Source: the human T2T-CHM13v2.0 reference genome, Homo sapiens
Assembly: GCF_009914755.1 (NCBI RefSeq)
Contig: NC_060928.1
Direction: 5' to 3' (one strand)
Length of the DNA: 64,000 nucleotides
Shown here: in pieces, positions 27,499 to 47,175 of the stretch
How positions within the stretch are numbered: position 1 is the first letter of the stretch
Layout of the letters: every line of letters begins with the position of its first letter
Made by a program: the position numbers and the translations under genes
Notes under the pieces: model-generated
Database searches by the model: none
What the model saw: only the letters and a program-made list of their open reading frames with translations
Told to the model about the DNA's origin: nothing

Positions 27499-27909
27499 AG
27501 TTTCAACAAATCATGATTATTTTCACTGTCAAGTACAATAATATTCAGAATGTGGAAACACTTTTGAAAAGTTAAAGTGTCATGTGAAGATTATTATTAT
27601 CAAAGCTGTTATTTGTTCTGCTTCCATTTGATTCAAGTCCACTGCTTCCAAACTTTGTATTTCAATATTTTATTATTGTATCCATGAATGCCAAAGCTAC
27701 ACTTGCATTCTTTTTACCATTTCCAAGAAGACGTATGTCTTAAGGGACAGTTGACTACAGTCCTTGCCCCATAGGGATGTAGATCATTGGCCCCCTATCA
27801 CTCATGGGTCTGTGTCACATAAGAGACCCAACTACTTGATCTTGACTCTTGATTGAAGATTGAATAGGATAATAAGAAGCGAGAGGAAAATGAGGTACCC
27901 AACAGCCAG

Positions 27910-28390
27910 TGGCAGAGACTGCAAGGAGTCTCCTAGTATCTGTTTTCCCCGTAGTCTATGAAGATTTTTTACCTGGGCACATGGCCACTCAAATATGGAC
28001 TACATTACTCAGACTGCCTTCCATGTCAGTGTGGTCACTTGACTAAGTTCCATGAAATGGAAAGAGAATTGATAAATGCAACTTCAAGGAAATGTCCTTA
28101 AAGAGAAATGCTGTGTCCTGCTCCAGTTCTTACCTCATTCCTGCTGGCCTGATTGCTGATGTTGACAGTTGACCCCACCCACAACATGGAATTCAAATGT
28201 CAAAGATGGCAAAGCAACAAAATAGAAGGATTTGGTTCCTGAAAATTGTGGAGTCCACATACCAACAGTTCTGAATTGTTCATGGTTATGTGAAAATAAA
28301 CATCTATCTTGCCTGAGTAGCTGTTTTTACTCATATGGTGGTGAGAAAGAACCAGTCATTTGCAGTCAAACCAAACTCTTACTACTACAA
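27910..28390 (+). mobile_element. Old MLT1 (H/I/J-type) LTR
   Basis: gtggcagagactg..ggcacatggcc..actacatt..gtggtcacttgactaagttc. Confidence 0.5.
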
Positions 28391-29170
28391 GACTTAGTAC
28401 AGGAGTTCTCATGCAGGATAACTACTATTACAGATCCCTAGTAAAATAGAACTCTGGGAGAAAACATATAACATCTTTATCAAAAAGAGAGAAAGAGCAT
28501 AAAAGAAATTTAATTGCAGTATAAATCAAAGTATGATTTTCAAATGTTAAGATGAGGATACATAAATTGAAGTCAATGATTATAAGAATGAGACTTTATT
28601 AGTAGCTGGAAAATTCAAGTGGATAAGAATACATAAACCTAGAGGGAAAATTCAGACTGGGGAATACTGAGAAAAAGCCTTGAGGATAGACCCGGGAGAG
28701 AAATATGTGATTACAGCCCTACAATGTCTTCTATGAAACCACTGAAGCCAGAAGGGTTTTGGAATTTAGATTTTTTCCAATTTCTAGAAATTATATTGCA
28801 TGTTATATACATTACATACTGTGTATACTATATAACATCCCAAGCAGGATGTAGGATAGATCCTGAAATCAAACATTTTAGCTTTTCAGCAGCAAAACAT
28901 AGAGTCACACTAATATTTTTATGGCTAAAAATAGCTTCGCATAAGTAAAGGGTATGCTTTTCCATCAAATATGTTTGTAGGAAATTTATTTTTTAAAATA
29001 ACAACAAAATAAAAACAAAAAACAAAATATTTGAGATAATGGATTATGAGCCTGTATTAGGATTTCCAGCAGAAGAAAAAAGATGCACATACGGGAAAGG
29101 TAATGATGAAGGAAGTAAGGGGAAATTATACCTGTTTGAAGAAAAGCTTGTCTGAAAGAGTTTAATACGT

Positions 29171-29519
<349 letters not shown>

Positions 29520-29859
29520 CTAGATCATACCCAGCTTTTAAAAATTCTTAATTACAAGGACAAATTTTTTTTAAAGAAAACTTCTTGACCTTTTGAACAA
29601 GTTGCGTACAAAGGGAAAAATTAGCTGACATTTGACTTCTTTTCTGCAACTCTAAGAATCAGAGGGAGTACTAGGAAACATTATAGAATACTGAAAGAAA
29701 AGGACTACAATCTAAGAATCTTATATGTAGCCAAGTTATCATTCTCTGTGACAGTGAAATAAAGGTATTTGCAGATATGCAAGGATTCAGGGACTACAGC
29801 ACATAGGCATAGAACCTAGGGATGTAACTGGGAAATGACTTGACTAAATAAATCAATTT

Positions 29860-30480
29860 ACCAAGACATCCACTTATGAACAGAATGAAGCAACAGGACC
29901 CAGATTTACCCTTCTGCCTGAAACTGCTAAAAAAAAAAAAAGAAAGAAAAACTAGACAAAATGTATACGACAATGGTTTTCAGATATTTAATATCAAGCA
30001 TCACAGCCTAGTGTTCCCTGAGAGAGTTGAGTCATATGATTCACCCAACTTAGTGCCAGGAGAGAGTATCCAAGGCATAACACAGGGAGGGGAATCAGCA
30101 GTTTCCATAAGTTAAGCAGACAGTTTGGGGATTGGAGGAGACCAAGACAGAGTTGGCAGGACAGAGTACTAGACAGGAGAGAGCTACACAAAGAGCACCA
30201 GAGATCTGCAGAGGGTCACCCTGGAGACTTCAGTCGAGTACTGATCGCAGCAGGCCTGTGAGGAAACTATCCAGGGCTGAAAAGGAACTGCCTAAAAGGA
30301 ACAAAGGGAGCCAGGGGCCAGGACAGTTTGTATTCCCACCAGCCAATGTTGGAAAACCGTATAATTCATAGACTAATTAGAAGGTTTAGCTTTCATATGG
30401 GGGAAGGATTAGCCCTGGATTAAAAGCTGTTCTGTTCTCCCTAAAAAAGCTTAAATCAGGCCTCAAAACGAACTATTTCT
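29860..30480 (+). mobile_element. Old L1 (L1M/L1ME-type) 5' region, left arm
   Basis: L1M 5'-region motifs ending aaaagcttaaatcaggcctcaaaa..aactatttct; continues at 33235. Confidence 0.7.
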
Positions 30481-30659
30481 TTTTTTTTTTTTTCAAGAGA
30501 TCACTTTTTATTGTGATACACAGTTTACTGAAGAGAGGAACTGCTCTGATGACGAGCATCACAGAGTTTTAAGCAGATACTGGCAACACCTGACTCACTA
30601 AAGCAGGAGGCAGTTACACAATTACAGCAGTACAGTACATACTAGTTTATAGAGTTATG

Positions 30660-31532
30660 TTTTTTTGGGGGGGCTTTCACATTTGTTGATTTTTATTGGC
30701 GATCTCTTTTTCAATACAATTTATGCCCTCATCCTCATTTCCCGTCTGATTATACAAGTGCTAAGTGGCAGAAAGTTCTGGAATAAATACATAAAAAAAA
30801 AGAGGCAAAGCTGTGAAACTAAGTTGCATGCAACAGGTTCTATGAGGGTGGTGGAAGTGTGTGAGAAACAAAACAGAGTAAGACAATGTAACTGGAAAGT
30901 TTTAGCTAAAGTTCTTTTCAGTCATCTTTGTCTTTTACTCCATGTTTCAGGATGCTTGTGAATTCGATGTAATTGAAATTCCCCTTTTTGTCAATAGATG
31001 CTTCTGTGTACAGCTCATCCACTTCCTCATCCGTAAACTGATCCCCCACGGTTGTCAGCAGCTCTCTCAGGTAATCTTCCTGAATGGTGCCTGTTGCTTC
31101 TTCATCAAAGCAAGCAAAAGCATTTCTGATGACGTCTTCAGGATCTGTGCCATTTAACTTCTTACCAAACATGGCGAGCAACATGGTGAAGTTAATGGGC
31201 CCTGGTGCCTCATTCATCACGGCATCAAGGCATGCATCAGTGGGATTCTTCCCTAGAGAAGCAAGCATACCATGCAAATCTTCCTTGCTGATGAAACCAT
31301 CTCTGTTCTGATCAATCATGTTGAAGGCCTCTTTGAACTCCTGAATCTGTGACTGGTCAAACGTGGCAAACACCTTGGACGTTGCACACTGAGGGCGCTT
31401 CTTGGTGGTCTTGCCTTTTTGCTCAACATGGTGGTTGCTTAATTCCGGCACCAAATACCAGAAACGGAACCACCCTGTGCGAGATGACAAGCGACAGCGA
31501 GGAGCGCGGGGCTGTGGCCAGACAGTGGCGGC
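30660..31532 (-). pseudogene. MYL12B: Processed pseudogene of non-muscle myosin regulatory light chain 12B (5'UTR, intronless CDS, 3'UTR, short A-tail remnant)
   Basis: ORF 30918-31490 encodes [11 protein letters not shown]...[15 protein letters not shown]...[14 protein letters not shown] (not NPTDE) and ATG TTG AGC AAA AAG GCA favour MYL12B over MYL12A. The true ATG (accaccATG, 31429) is out of frame after a ~7-nt deletion. AATAAA at 30692-30697, T7 at 30660-30666. TSD tatagagttatg (30648-30659) / tatagagctatg (31533-31544). Symbol is the parent gene. Confidence 0.95.
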
Positions 31533-31636
31533 TATAGAGCTATGATTTAATACTGCATTTTAAATTTGCTTACATGTACAGTCTGTATGTTTTCATAAAA
31601 TTTAACTTTTAATAGATTTGTGTATTTTGTGGTCGT

Positions 31637-31865
31637 GCTCACCGCAACCTCTGCCTCCCGGGCCCAAGCAATTCTCCTGCTTCGGCCTCCCGAGCAGCTG
31701 GGACCACAGGCATGTGCCCCCATTCCAGGCCAATTTTGTAATTCTGCTAGAGACGGGGTTTCTCCATGTTGGTCAGCCTCGTCCCGAACTCCCAACCTCA
31801 GGTGATCTGCCCACCTCGGCCTCCCAAAGTGCTGGGACCACAGGCATGAGCCACCATGCCCAGCC
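31637..31865 (-). mobile_element. AluSp, 3' end missing, T>C hypermutated on plus strand
   Basis: AluSp diagnostics (tctccatgttggtcag, gctcaccgcaac); about 10 plus-strand T>C versus consensus. Confidence 0.9.
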
Positions 31866-31933
31866 TGTGAATTCTCCAAGTTGTCACAAAGCTCCAAACA
31901 AATTTCCAATATATTTATTGAAAAAAAAATTAT

Positions 31934-32311
<378 letters not shown>

Positions 32312-32697
32312 TTAGTGGGTTCCCCAAATTGTGGGATAAATCTTTTATGTAAATTCATGTGTTTTACAGACATGTGAAGACATCCCACAGTACACTAATT
32401 ACAGTCTTATTCAAATCTCAACTCTATTACAGATTTTGCATGTCAAGAAATCTTTTAGGTTCTGCTATTCCTCAGACTACGTTCCTGACCTCATTGAGGG
32501 TTTCAGAGGATAAATCAGGGGTCAGACTGGTAGAGTCACATAGAGAAGGAAAGAAAATAAGAAAAATGCTAGGAAAACCAGGCAGTGTCTCAATTACTAC
32601 AGAATGGTCTTCACAAACTGGCATCACTGTTATGCTGGCAATAAATTTGCAAATCTCACACACCTCTTCTAATGTAAGTAGAAAACACAGACATTCA

Positions 32698-32971
32698 GGC
32701 TAGGTGCAAGGGGTTCACACCTGTAATCCCAGCCCTTTGGGAGGCCAAGATTGCTTGAACCCAAGAGTTCAAGACCAGCCTGGGCAACACGACAAGACCT
32801 CATCTCTACAAAAAAATTTAAAAATTAGCCGGGCGTGGTGGGGCGCAGTTGTAGTCTCAGCTACTTGGGAGGCTGAGGTGGGAGGATCCATTGAGCCTGG
32901 GAGGCTGAGAGTGCAGTGAGCTGTGATTGTGCCACTGCGCTCTGGCCTGGGTGAGAGGAGTAAGACCATCT

Positions 32972-33002
<31 letters not shown>
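32698..33002 (+). mobile_element. AluJ inside the outer retrocopy, largely unedited
   Basis: AluJ-type motifs (ttgcttgaacccaagagttcaagacc, ggaggatccattgagcc); A tail. Confidence 0.9.
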
Positions 33003-33004
<2 letters not shown>

Positions 33005-33234
33005 CACGCAGAGCTGATTTTTTGTTTTTAGGATCCACACATCTAAAAGTTGAATAATTAAAGAAAAATTAATCAGCACTGATTGACTCTGGAAGAGTAT
33101 TAAATTAGCTTTTCCCTTTAAAGTAGACCCCAGGCTTAACTTACCTCAAGCTCTTTTGATTCTGATAGCCTGTATGCCTATACTGTATAAGCTAAAGAGT
33201 GCATCAGTCTTTTCTATCACTTTAAATACAATAA

Positions 33235-38290
<5,056 letters not shown>

Positions 38291-38364
38291 CATGTGAGCT
38301 TATTTCCTTTAGAAGGGGGCAAATATAGAATCATGAAAAAAGAAATAAAGCTATTTCCATTGTC

Positions 38365-38597
38365 TAGGGCAAAGATTGGCAAACTACAGCCCTCCAGCTA
38401 AAACCTGGCTTACCAGCTGTTTTTGTAAACCTAGTTTTATTGGAACACAGTCACACCTATTTGGTTACCTATTGCCTATGGTTGCTTTTACAGTACAAGA
38501 CAGAGTTGAGTAGTTAAGACAGAGACTGTGTGGTCCATGAAGCCTCAAATATTTACCTACTCTCTGGCTCTTCACAGAAAAAGGTTGCCGACCCCTA
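38365..38597. mobile_element. MER58A-like DNA transposon
   Basis: ttggcaaactacagccc...ttttattggaacacag...ggttgccgacccct. Confidence 0.8.
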
Positions 38598-39282
38598 ATC
38601 TAGTAGATTAAAAAAGGAATACTTTTGAATTGAAATCCCTGCTTCTAATCCCTTCTTCATTACCATGTGACCTTGGGTAAATTATTTCACCTAAGCTTCA
38701 TCTTTTTCCACCTGTAAAAATGGAGATAATATGGACACACCTTCATACATTCATACAGAAGGTCACATGATGTAAAACACTGAAAATGCTCTGAGCTCTA
38801 ACTGGCAATACAGAAAGTACTAAAGAAAAAGGGGCTTGGGGTAGCTATTATTATTTAGAAGTGAACATTTCTCAGTTGCTTTGGGGAAAGTGCATGACGC
38901 TTACCATGAGTGGAGCTTGCAGGACTGGAAGTGGCTCTGGTGAGTCAGTCAGTGAGTGGTGAGTGAATGTGAAGGCCTAGGACGTTACCGTGCACTACTG
39001 CAGACTTCATAAAAACCCTGTACACTTGGGCTGCACTAAATTTACTTTGAACATTCTTTCTTCAATAGTACATTAACCTTACCTTATTGTGACTTTTTTA
39101 CTTTAATATTTTAAATTTAAAAAAATCTTTTTGACTCTGGTAATAACACAGCTTAAAGCACAAACATGTTGCACAGCTAGACAATGTTTTTTCTTTATAT
39201 TCTTATTCTATAAGCTTTTTTCTATTTTTATAATTTTTTTTATTTTTTTACTTCCTAAACTTTTTTGTAAAATCTCAGACAC

Positions 39283-39578
<296 letters not shown>

Positions 39579-40024
39579 ATACCTCAGACACAACACAGGG
39601 TCAGGGTCAGGATCATCAACATGACTGTCTTCCATCTCCATATTTTGTCCAACTGGAAGGTCTTCAGGGCAGTAATACCCTTGGAGTTGTCATCTCCTAT
39701 GATAGCAATGCCTTCTTCTAGATACCTCCTGATGGGCCTGCCTGAGGCTGGTTTACAGCAAACTTTTAAAAATATAAGTACAAGGAGTACACTCTAAAAT
39801 AATATTATGTACATAAACCGGTACATCATTGTCCACTGTCATTATCAAGTATCATATACTGTACACAATTGTATGTGCTATACTTTTAGATGACTGGCAG
39901 CTCAGAGGCTTTGTTTACACCAACATCACCGCAAACACGTGAATAACGTGTTGCACTATGACATTACAAAAGCTCCAACATCACTAGGCTATAAGAATTT
40001 TTAAGCTCCATTAAAATCTTATGG

Positions 40025-40629
<605 letters not shown>

Positions 40630-40667
40630 TCACTCACTGAAATGTCCTTATGCAGTGTGTGACTATT

Positions 40668-40929
40668 ATATGCCGTATCCTCCTAATAAAGTAAGCTAGA
40701 GAGAAGAAAACAGTATTAAGAAAAGCATAAGGAAGAGAAAATGTATTTATATTCATTAAGTAGAAATGGATCATCGTAAAGGTCTTCATCTTCGTGGTCT
40801 TCATGTTGAGGAGGCTGAAGAGGAGGAAGAGGGGGTTGGTCTCGCTGTCTCAGGGGTGCAGAGGCAGAGAAAATCCTCGTGTAAGTGGACCCATGCAGCT
40901 CAAACCCGTGTTGATCTTAGGTCAGCTGT
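40668..40929 (+). mobile_element. Tigger2a/MER28 right end
   Basis: taagtggacccatgcagctcaaacccgtgttg...ggtcagctg followed by ta. Confidence 0.75.
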
Positions 40930-41177
40930 ACTATTTCTCTCTTACTCCTCCCTCATTGTGACTAAAAGAAATAGATCAAAGTGGCATTTTTAGCGCTATT
41001 TTTGCAAGCTGTATGTATAGGCAAGCTCTAAAATCCAACTGTACAAAGTCCCTAATGCCTCACCCTTACGTGGATTAAAAACTTCTCTAGAAAGGAGATG
41101 ATGTCTTTATCTCTTCCTCCCTTCCAGCACTAAGGGGAGTGTCTTACATTTAGGAACACTTGATATGTGTTTTTGTT

Positions 41178-41313
41178 AGATGGATGGATGGATGGATGGA
41201 TGGATGGATGGATGGATGGATGCATAGATGGATGGATGGATGGATGGATGGATGGATGGATGGATGGATGGATAGATGGATGGATGGATGGATGGATGGA
41301 TGGATGGATGGAT
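41178..41313 (+). repeat. (GGAT)n microsatellite, probably an L2 tail expansion
   Basis: Seen directly. Confidence 0.97.
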
Positions 41314-43459
41314 GTTATAAATCTTCATTAAGGCAGCATCAGGAGCTTCACTCTGTGAAGTGAACAAACAAAAGTAAAGCATCAGGGGTGCCTGCTTTGC
41401 CTTGCCACTTACTGTCAACAATGCCTAAGGCACACGATCCACATGATCTGCTGCTGTGTTTTCAGGGTGTTGTCTTGGTTTTTGTCTGTTCATTTGTTTG
41501 GAGTTTTGGTACCTCTGGCCGCAGAGGTGGAGGACGGACGTGTAGCCCTCTCTCGATGGCACACAGTCACTATAGGGCTGGGCAAGGCCCTTCCCATGGT
41601 TTGTTTTTTATGGACTTTTACTCTCCTCACCTCCTCATGGGTAACCATTGGAATGTGTTTATGTATTTTTATTTGTGCCAATTCTTTAAAAATACAGTGA
41701 CTTTATGTGTGTATTTTTAATTTTCCTAAGGAGTGTTCTGCCACGCGTCTCTTGCTGTTTCTTACCCTTTTCACTCAGCACTGAAATGTTCAGATCCACC
41801 CACGCTGCTGTGTGCACAGGAGGCCCGTGGTTTCTAAGCATTCCTTTGGTGCAGCCACACCTGCGCCTATCTATTCTCCCCATTTTGGTTTTTTAAGGTA
41901 CAACTGACAGTAACTTGCCAGGTTAACCAATCCTGTTTCCAGGGATTGGAAAAAGAGGAGGCACTGCATCTTCTTAGCCCTGAGCCCTGGGAAGAGAGGT
42001 AGAGGTCAAGGAGAGGTCAGCCCAGTCAGGCCAGCTCTGTCACCACTGGTCCCCTTGGGCAGCGGCAGCACCCGGCTCTGTTTTCTCACCTGCAGCAGAG
42101 TCAACAATCCCTGCCCCACCGACCTCAGGGCGGATATGATGCTTCCAGGAAACAATAGGAGAGGAAATGGCTGTGAATGGTGGCCACGGCCGCACGTGGG
42201 CCCGCAGCCTGCCCCAGTCCCTTCCTCAGCTGCCCTGCAGCCACCCTGGGTGCTGGAAAGGAAGTGTGTCGTCCCTAGCCACAAGGAGGCACTCACTCTC
42301 AGGGTCATGCAGTGAATTGTTACGTCCTGGGCACACCTCTGCCTCCCTGGTTACACTGTCCTGCTCCTCATTCAGGGGCTGTGACCTTCCTAGGGGCCGT
42401 AGGGATGTGCATAGGCCCCTCAGGCATGAAACCCACCCCAGCTTCCTGTCGATCTTTGCCAGTGTCACCCTTTCCCTTCCTTATAACCCCCTGCCACCAT
42501 TTCTATTCATGTGATAACTTTCTAACCTGGTGTTGGGGAGCAAATGCCCTTCCCCGAGTCCCACACTAGGGATATTAGGGATGTTCCAGAGAGACTGGTG
42601 GCAGGCTTTTAGGGTCATTCCAGCATGTGGCGTTGCTCAGTCCAGCCCCATATTCCCTCAACAATAACAACAGCAGCAACAGCGGCAACAAGCAGTGAGA
42701 ACATGAACTCCATGTTTAAGCTAAAAGACATCAAAAATGCACGCAGCCCAGGTGTGCACTGGCCTCCCAGCTTCCTCCAGCAAAGACCCCCAGGAGCAGC
42801 GTGCTGGGCCTCTCTGCTGTAGGCAGAAGGGCCTGAACCAAACTTCCCAGCGTTGGCCGAGCCCTCCCAGGGACAGGCATTGCCCTGGCGTCTGTGCTCA
42901 CTGGGCCCAGGGAATGTTTCTAGTCGGCCTCACTGCCCAGCATTACTGATTTCTTCCCAGGCCTGTTTTTCCCAGGAGCCCATGAGCTTCTGGAAGGCTG
43001 CCACGAATCATGTTCTTCCACTGCTTAAAACCCTTCAGTAGTTCTCCCCTGCCCGCGGGACAAAGTCCAGTTTTCCTCATTATGACACAAAGGTGCTCCC
43101 TTTGAAACCAGGGCCTTCCTTTCCTTGCAGCTTCAGCCCTGCCAGTCCCCATTCTTGCTCTGTGCTGTGTCCATAGTTATGTTCTTGAGGTTTCTGAAAG
43201 GAACCACACTCTCTCTTGCCTCAGGACTTTCCCCCATGCCTTTTCTTCAGCTCCAAACATCCTTCCCCACCCCTTCCTTCCCACCACTTGGGTAATTCTG
43301 ACTTGTCCCTCTGGTGTCAGAAGTCCCTCACGGTTCACAGGAAGCCTTGCCTGCTTACCAGGCACAGGCAAGTTGCGCTGCCCAGGTGAGCACATGCAGT
43401 GTGCACCTGTGCGTCCTGGTGCACCACGGCCCCCATCCGGCTACACCACAAGCCTCAGG

Positions 43460-43866
43460 ACAATGTGTCCCCTAAAAACTCATATCTTAAAGTCTTGTCC
43501 CCCAGGGTGTGAACTTCTTTGGACATAGAGTCATTACAGAGCAAATCAAGCTACAATTAGGTCATTAGAGTGGCCTCTAATCCAAAAACCTGGTGTCCTT
43601 CTAAAAGGGGTAAATGTGAAGAAAGACACTCAGGGAGAAGGCCATGTGAGGATGAAGACAGAGACTAAGGTGAGGCTTCTACAAGCCAAGAACCCTAGAG
43701 ATCACCAGCAAACCACCAGCTGGGAGGAAGGCGCAGCTGTCAGAAGGAACCAACCCTGCCAATCCCTCCATCTGGGACCTCCAGCCTTCAGAACTGTGAA
43801 ACTATCAATTACTGTGATTTCAGCTGCCCTATCTGTGGTGCTTTGGTACCCTAGAAAACTAACACA
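43460..43866 (+). mobile_element. MLT1B/C MaLR LTR
   Basis: ggagaaggccatgtgaggatg...ccagccttcagaactgtga...aaactaacaca. Confidence 0.78.
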
Positions 43867-44129
43867 GGCAGCAATGATGTCTTTACTTCTTTATTTTTTT
43901 CGACTTCATCTACAGAGCTTAGCACAGCCATTGGAACAAAATTGGAGCTCAGTGCACAGTTATTGAAAGAAAAATTTGTACTCTGGAGAACAAGGAGGAG
44001 ACGTAGTTCCTGCACCCAAGGATCTCATGCAATGAGAACACAGAGCAGGAATAAGATAACTCAAAGTGTGTGCATAATGCCAGGTTAGACAGACAGACAG
44101 ACAGCCAGGCCACTGTGAGTGCAAGTCCC

Positions 44130-44771
44130 TGTAAACCAAAAAGAAAATTCTAAGGCCCCCAACCATCTGAATGCATGGCCCCTCAGCCAAGGCATTCCAA
44201 AGTTAACCTATAAAACTAGTTCAGGTCATGAGGGGAAGGGGGAGCCAGACGTGCGTCTTGATACCCTCCTTCCTTTAGGAATTACTGATAGAACAGCCTC
44301 TTGATACCCTCCTTCCTTTAGGAATGACTGATAGAACAGCCTCTTTAAGTCTGAGTAGAAACATTTATGACCTATTCTCTCTGAAGCCTGTTACCTGGAG
44401 GCTTCATCGGCATGACAAAACCTTAATCTCTACAACCCCTTACCATCACCCAGACATTCCTTTCTCTTGATTCCAGGTCTTTAGATAATAACTCAATCAA
44501 CTGCCAGTCAGGAAGTCTTTGAATCTGACTGTGACCTGGAAGCTCCCCCTTCCGGTTGTCCCAACTTTCCAGACCAAAACAATGTACATGTTACATGTAT
44601 TGATTGATGGCTTATGTCTCCCTAAAATGTATAAAACCAAGTTGTAGGCCCACTACCTTGGGCACATGTGGTCAGGACCTCCCAAGGCTGTGTCCGGGGC
44701 ATGTTCTTAACCTTGGCAATATACAATCCTAGATTAACTGAGACTTGTCTCAGATACTCTTGGGGTTTACA
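44130..44771 (+). mobile_element. MER4-family (MER4B/D-like) solo LTR with an internal 43-bp tandem duplication
   Basis: tgtaaaccaaaaagaaaattctaaggccccc...ggggtttaca; duplication at 44256-44342. Confidence 0.85.
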
Positions 44772-46685
44772 CCCCTTACTCAGATGGGGGCAGGCAGTGC
44801 CTGGCAGCAATCCCGGGAATCTCCCAAAACCTAGATCTTCAAGTACAAGCTGGTCAAGCAGAAGAGAGAATTGGAAGAAACAGAGGAAACAAAGCACAGT
44901 GGACTATTTGTGTACCTTCAAGTAATGTGCTGGGAGAGAAGCTGGGACCAGTCGTGAGGGATCTGGTAAAACCTGCCGAGTCTGGGAACCAATGAATGAA
45001 CTTATTAGGTGGGTCCTAGAAATTTTTCTCTGGCAAACTGAGGATACATTTCAGGGGGTTATGAATCACCACCAGCATGCTCTCTGCTCTTCATGGACAT
45101 CAGAAGCTGGGGGAAAGCTTTCTTTGTGAGCCCCCAGCCTCAAGGGCAGGCAGTTCCTGGGCTTAGCCTCACTGGTGAAGCCTTTATGTGTGATGCGGGA
45201 ACTGCCCACACACCAACTCCTGTTTTGCCCTTTTAATGGGCAGCATATCTCCTCAGAAGATGTGCCGCATGACCATTTTTGAGCCCACACCATCTTCACC
45301 CTCCTAGAATCTGCCTCTGATTCTTGGAATTTGGGGAAAACCACAGGTTTTTCATCATTTCTCAAAACTACTAGTTTGCAGCAGCAGTTCTGTGAAGGTG
45401 GGGAAGAAGCTGAGGACACCGGTGCCATGTTTCTGTTCTTATTCACATTTCTCTGTTCTCTGAAAGCAAAATAATGCAAAGCTATAAAGACCATCAGGGA
45501 GAATCAGAGCACAGACAGGATTCCAAAGGATGGAGGCTGCCCCCGACAAAACCCCTCCCCAAAGTGGGGAGGGGGCAGAGAAGAGGCCCCAAGATGCCAG
45601 GTGCTTCCCTCTGCAGCACAAGACACACTATGGGGTCTGCGCAAAGACAAAACATCGATTTGGGTGCAGTCTTCTTGGTCTCATTATTTTTATCATCTCT
45701 CAGAGGATGTGTGGTTGTCCCGATTGCTGTGCTCAGGACAGGAAGGGAAAGCAGAGGCTAACATAACTCACCCGGTCTGCAGGACAGAGGAGGAGAGCAG
45801 GCTGAAGGCCTATCCACCTCTGCACGCATCAGGCGGCTTCTGCATCCTGAGACACCCTTCCTGAATCGACACTTGGGCCCAGCCTGGCACTGGGCCCCAT
45901 AGACGCCAATTAGATGGACGTGGTCTCCACACTGCAGGTGTTCACAGTACTCACTTGCCCCTGCAGACCCCAAATGCCAGAGAACTCATTTGCTGACCTT
46001 TAGCTGATGACAGGGGCTGGAGTTGACATTTGTATCAACCCACTGCATGCCTCAATGGGTCACCCTTCTGTGAGCAGGTGCTTCAGAGGCACAGCAGGAC
46101 AGTCCTGGAGGCTCACCACAAAGCAGGGCCACCACACGCATGGGGAGAACTAGAAACCGATGACTTGGAATTTCCCTGCTGTTCTGGGTGGGCTTTGATG
46201 GGCTTTGCTCTGACTTCCTCTCTTAGACCTCTGGGCAGTGTTGCTACTGACGCAATAGAAATCAAGCATCCTGTTTCACTCCAGCAGAGGCTGCATTGCA
46301 GCAATGAGGGGTGTTTGCCCCATACCCAGAGAGGTGCTTCTGGGGAGCGAAGGCCCATAGCAAATGGGCAGCTAGCACATCAGGCCCAGGAGTCTGCTGC
46401 GTTGCAGAAGCTGCTGAAGTGTTGGCCCTGCCCACCTCCCAGGACACCTGTGGGAATGCGGGAATTCCACAAATTATGGATTCTAAGCCCCAGGAGATTT
46501 AAAAGGAAGGGAGAGGGAGAGAATGAGAATCGATGCTCTATTATTTGATGAGTTTGTAGGCGAGTGTGTGAGAGCAGAATGTTGAGACAAGACTTTCAAC
46601 TTCGATGTAAGGAATATCTATTAAGCCCCTGCTGTGTGCCGGGGCTGTGTGTGATGCCTAAAGAACAATTGGCAACAGCCTCTCA

Positions 46686-46687
<2 letters not shown>

Positions 46688-46726
<39 letters not shown>
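46688..46726 (+). repeat. (TG)n microsatellite
   Basis: Seen directly. Confidence 0.97.
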
Positions 46727-46729
<3 letters not shown>

Positions 46730-46974
46730 GCGGCAGGTATATATCACAAGTTCAAAAGGGAGTGTCATAATTGTATTAAAGAGAAAAAACTACCACTGCT
46801 GGATTTAGAGTTATGAGATCTGGGTTTGAGTCCTGGTTCTACTTATCAGCTGCTTCCTTGAGTGTCCTCTCTATAGAATAGGGATCATAGCTCTTCCGAA
46901 CATCACAGGGTTTGGGAAGGTAGAAAAAAGAAAAGGGATGCAAAAACACGTGGGGAAAAGGAACGTGGTTCCAC

Positions 46975-47175
46975 AGCAAGAGTGGGCCCTCGTGTAAACT
47001 ATGAGCTTTGGGTGATAATGGTGCATCAACATAGCCTCCTCACTTGTAAGGGTCAGACCCCTCCGGTGCCAGATATCGACAGCGGGGAGGCTGTGTGTGT
47101 GGGAGCAGCGAGGAACTCCCCGGACTTTCTGCTCAATTTTGCTCCAAACAAAAAATGGCTCTTAAAAAAGAAGTA
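46975..47175 (+). mobile_element. L1MC-type 3' end fragment
   Basis: ccctcgtgtaaactatgagctttgggtgataatg...ttctgctcaattttgct. Confidence 0.7.

Noticed and set aside
30918-31490. Functional 190-aa myosin light chain CDS
   Set aside because: The ORF starts at TTG in the former 5'UTR, the real ATG is frameshifted, and the copy is intronless with a TSD and tail remnant.
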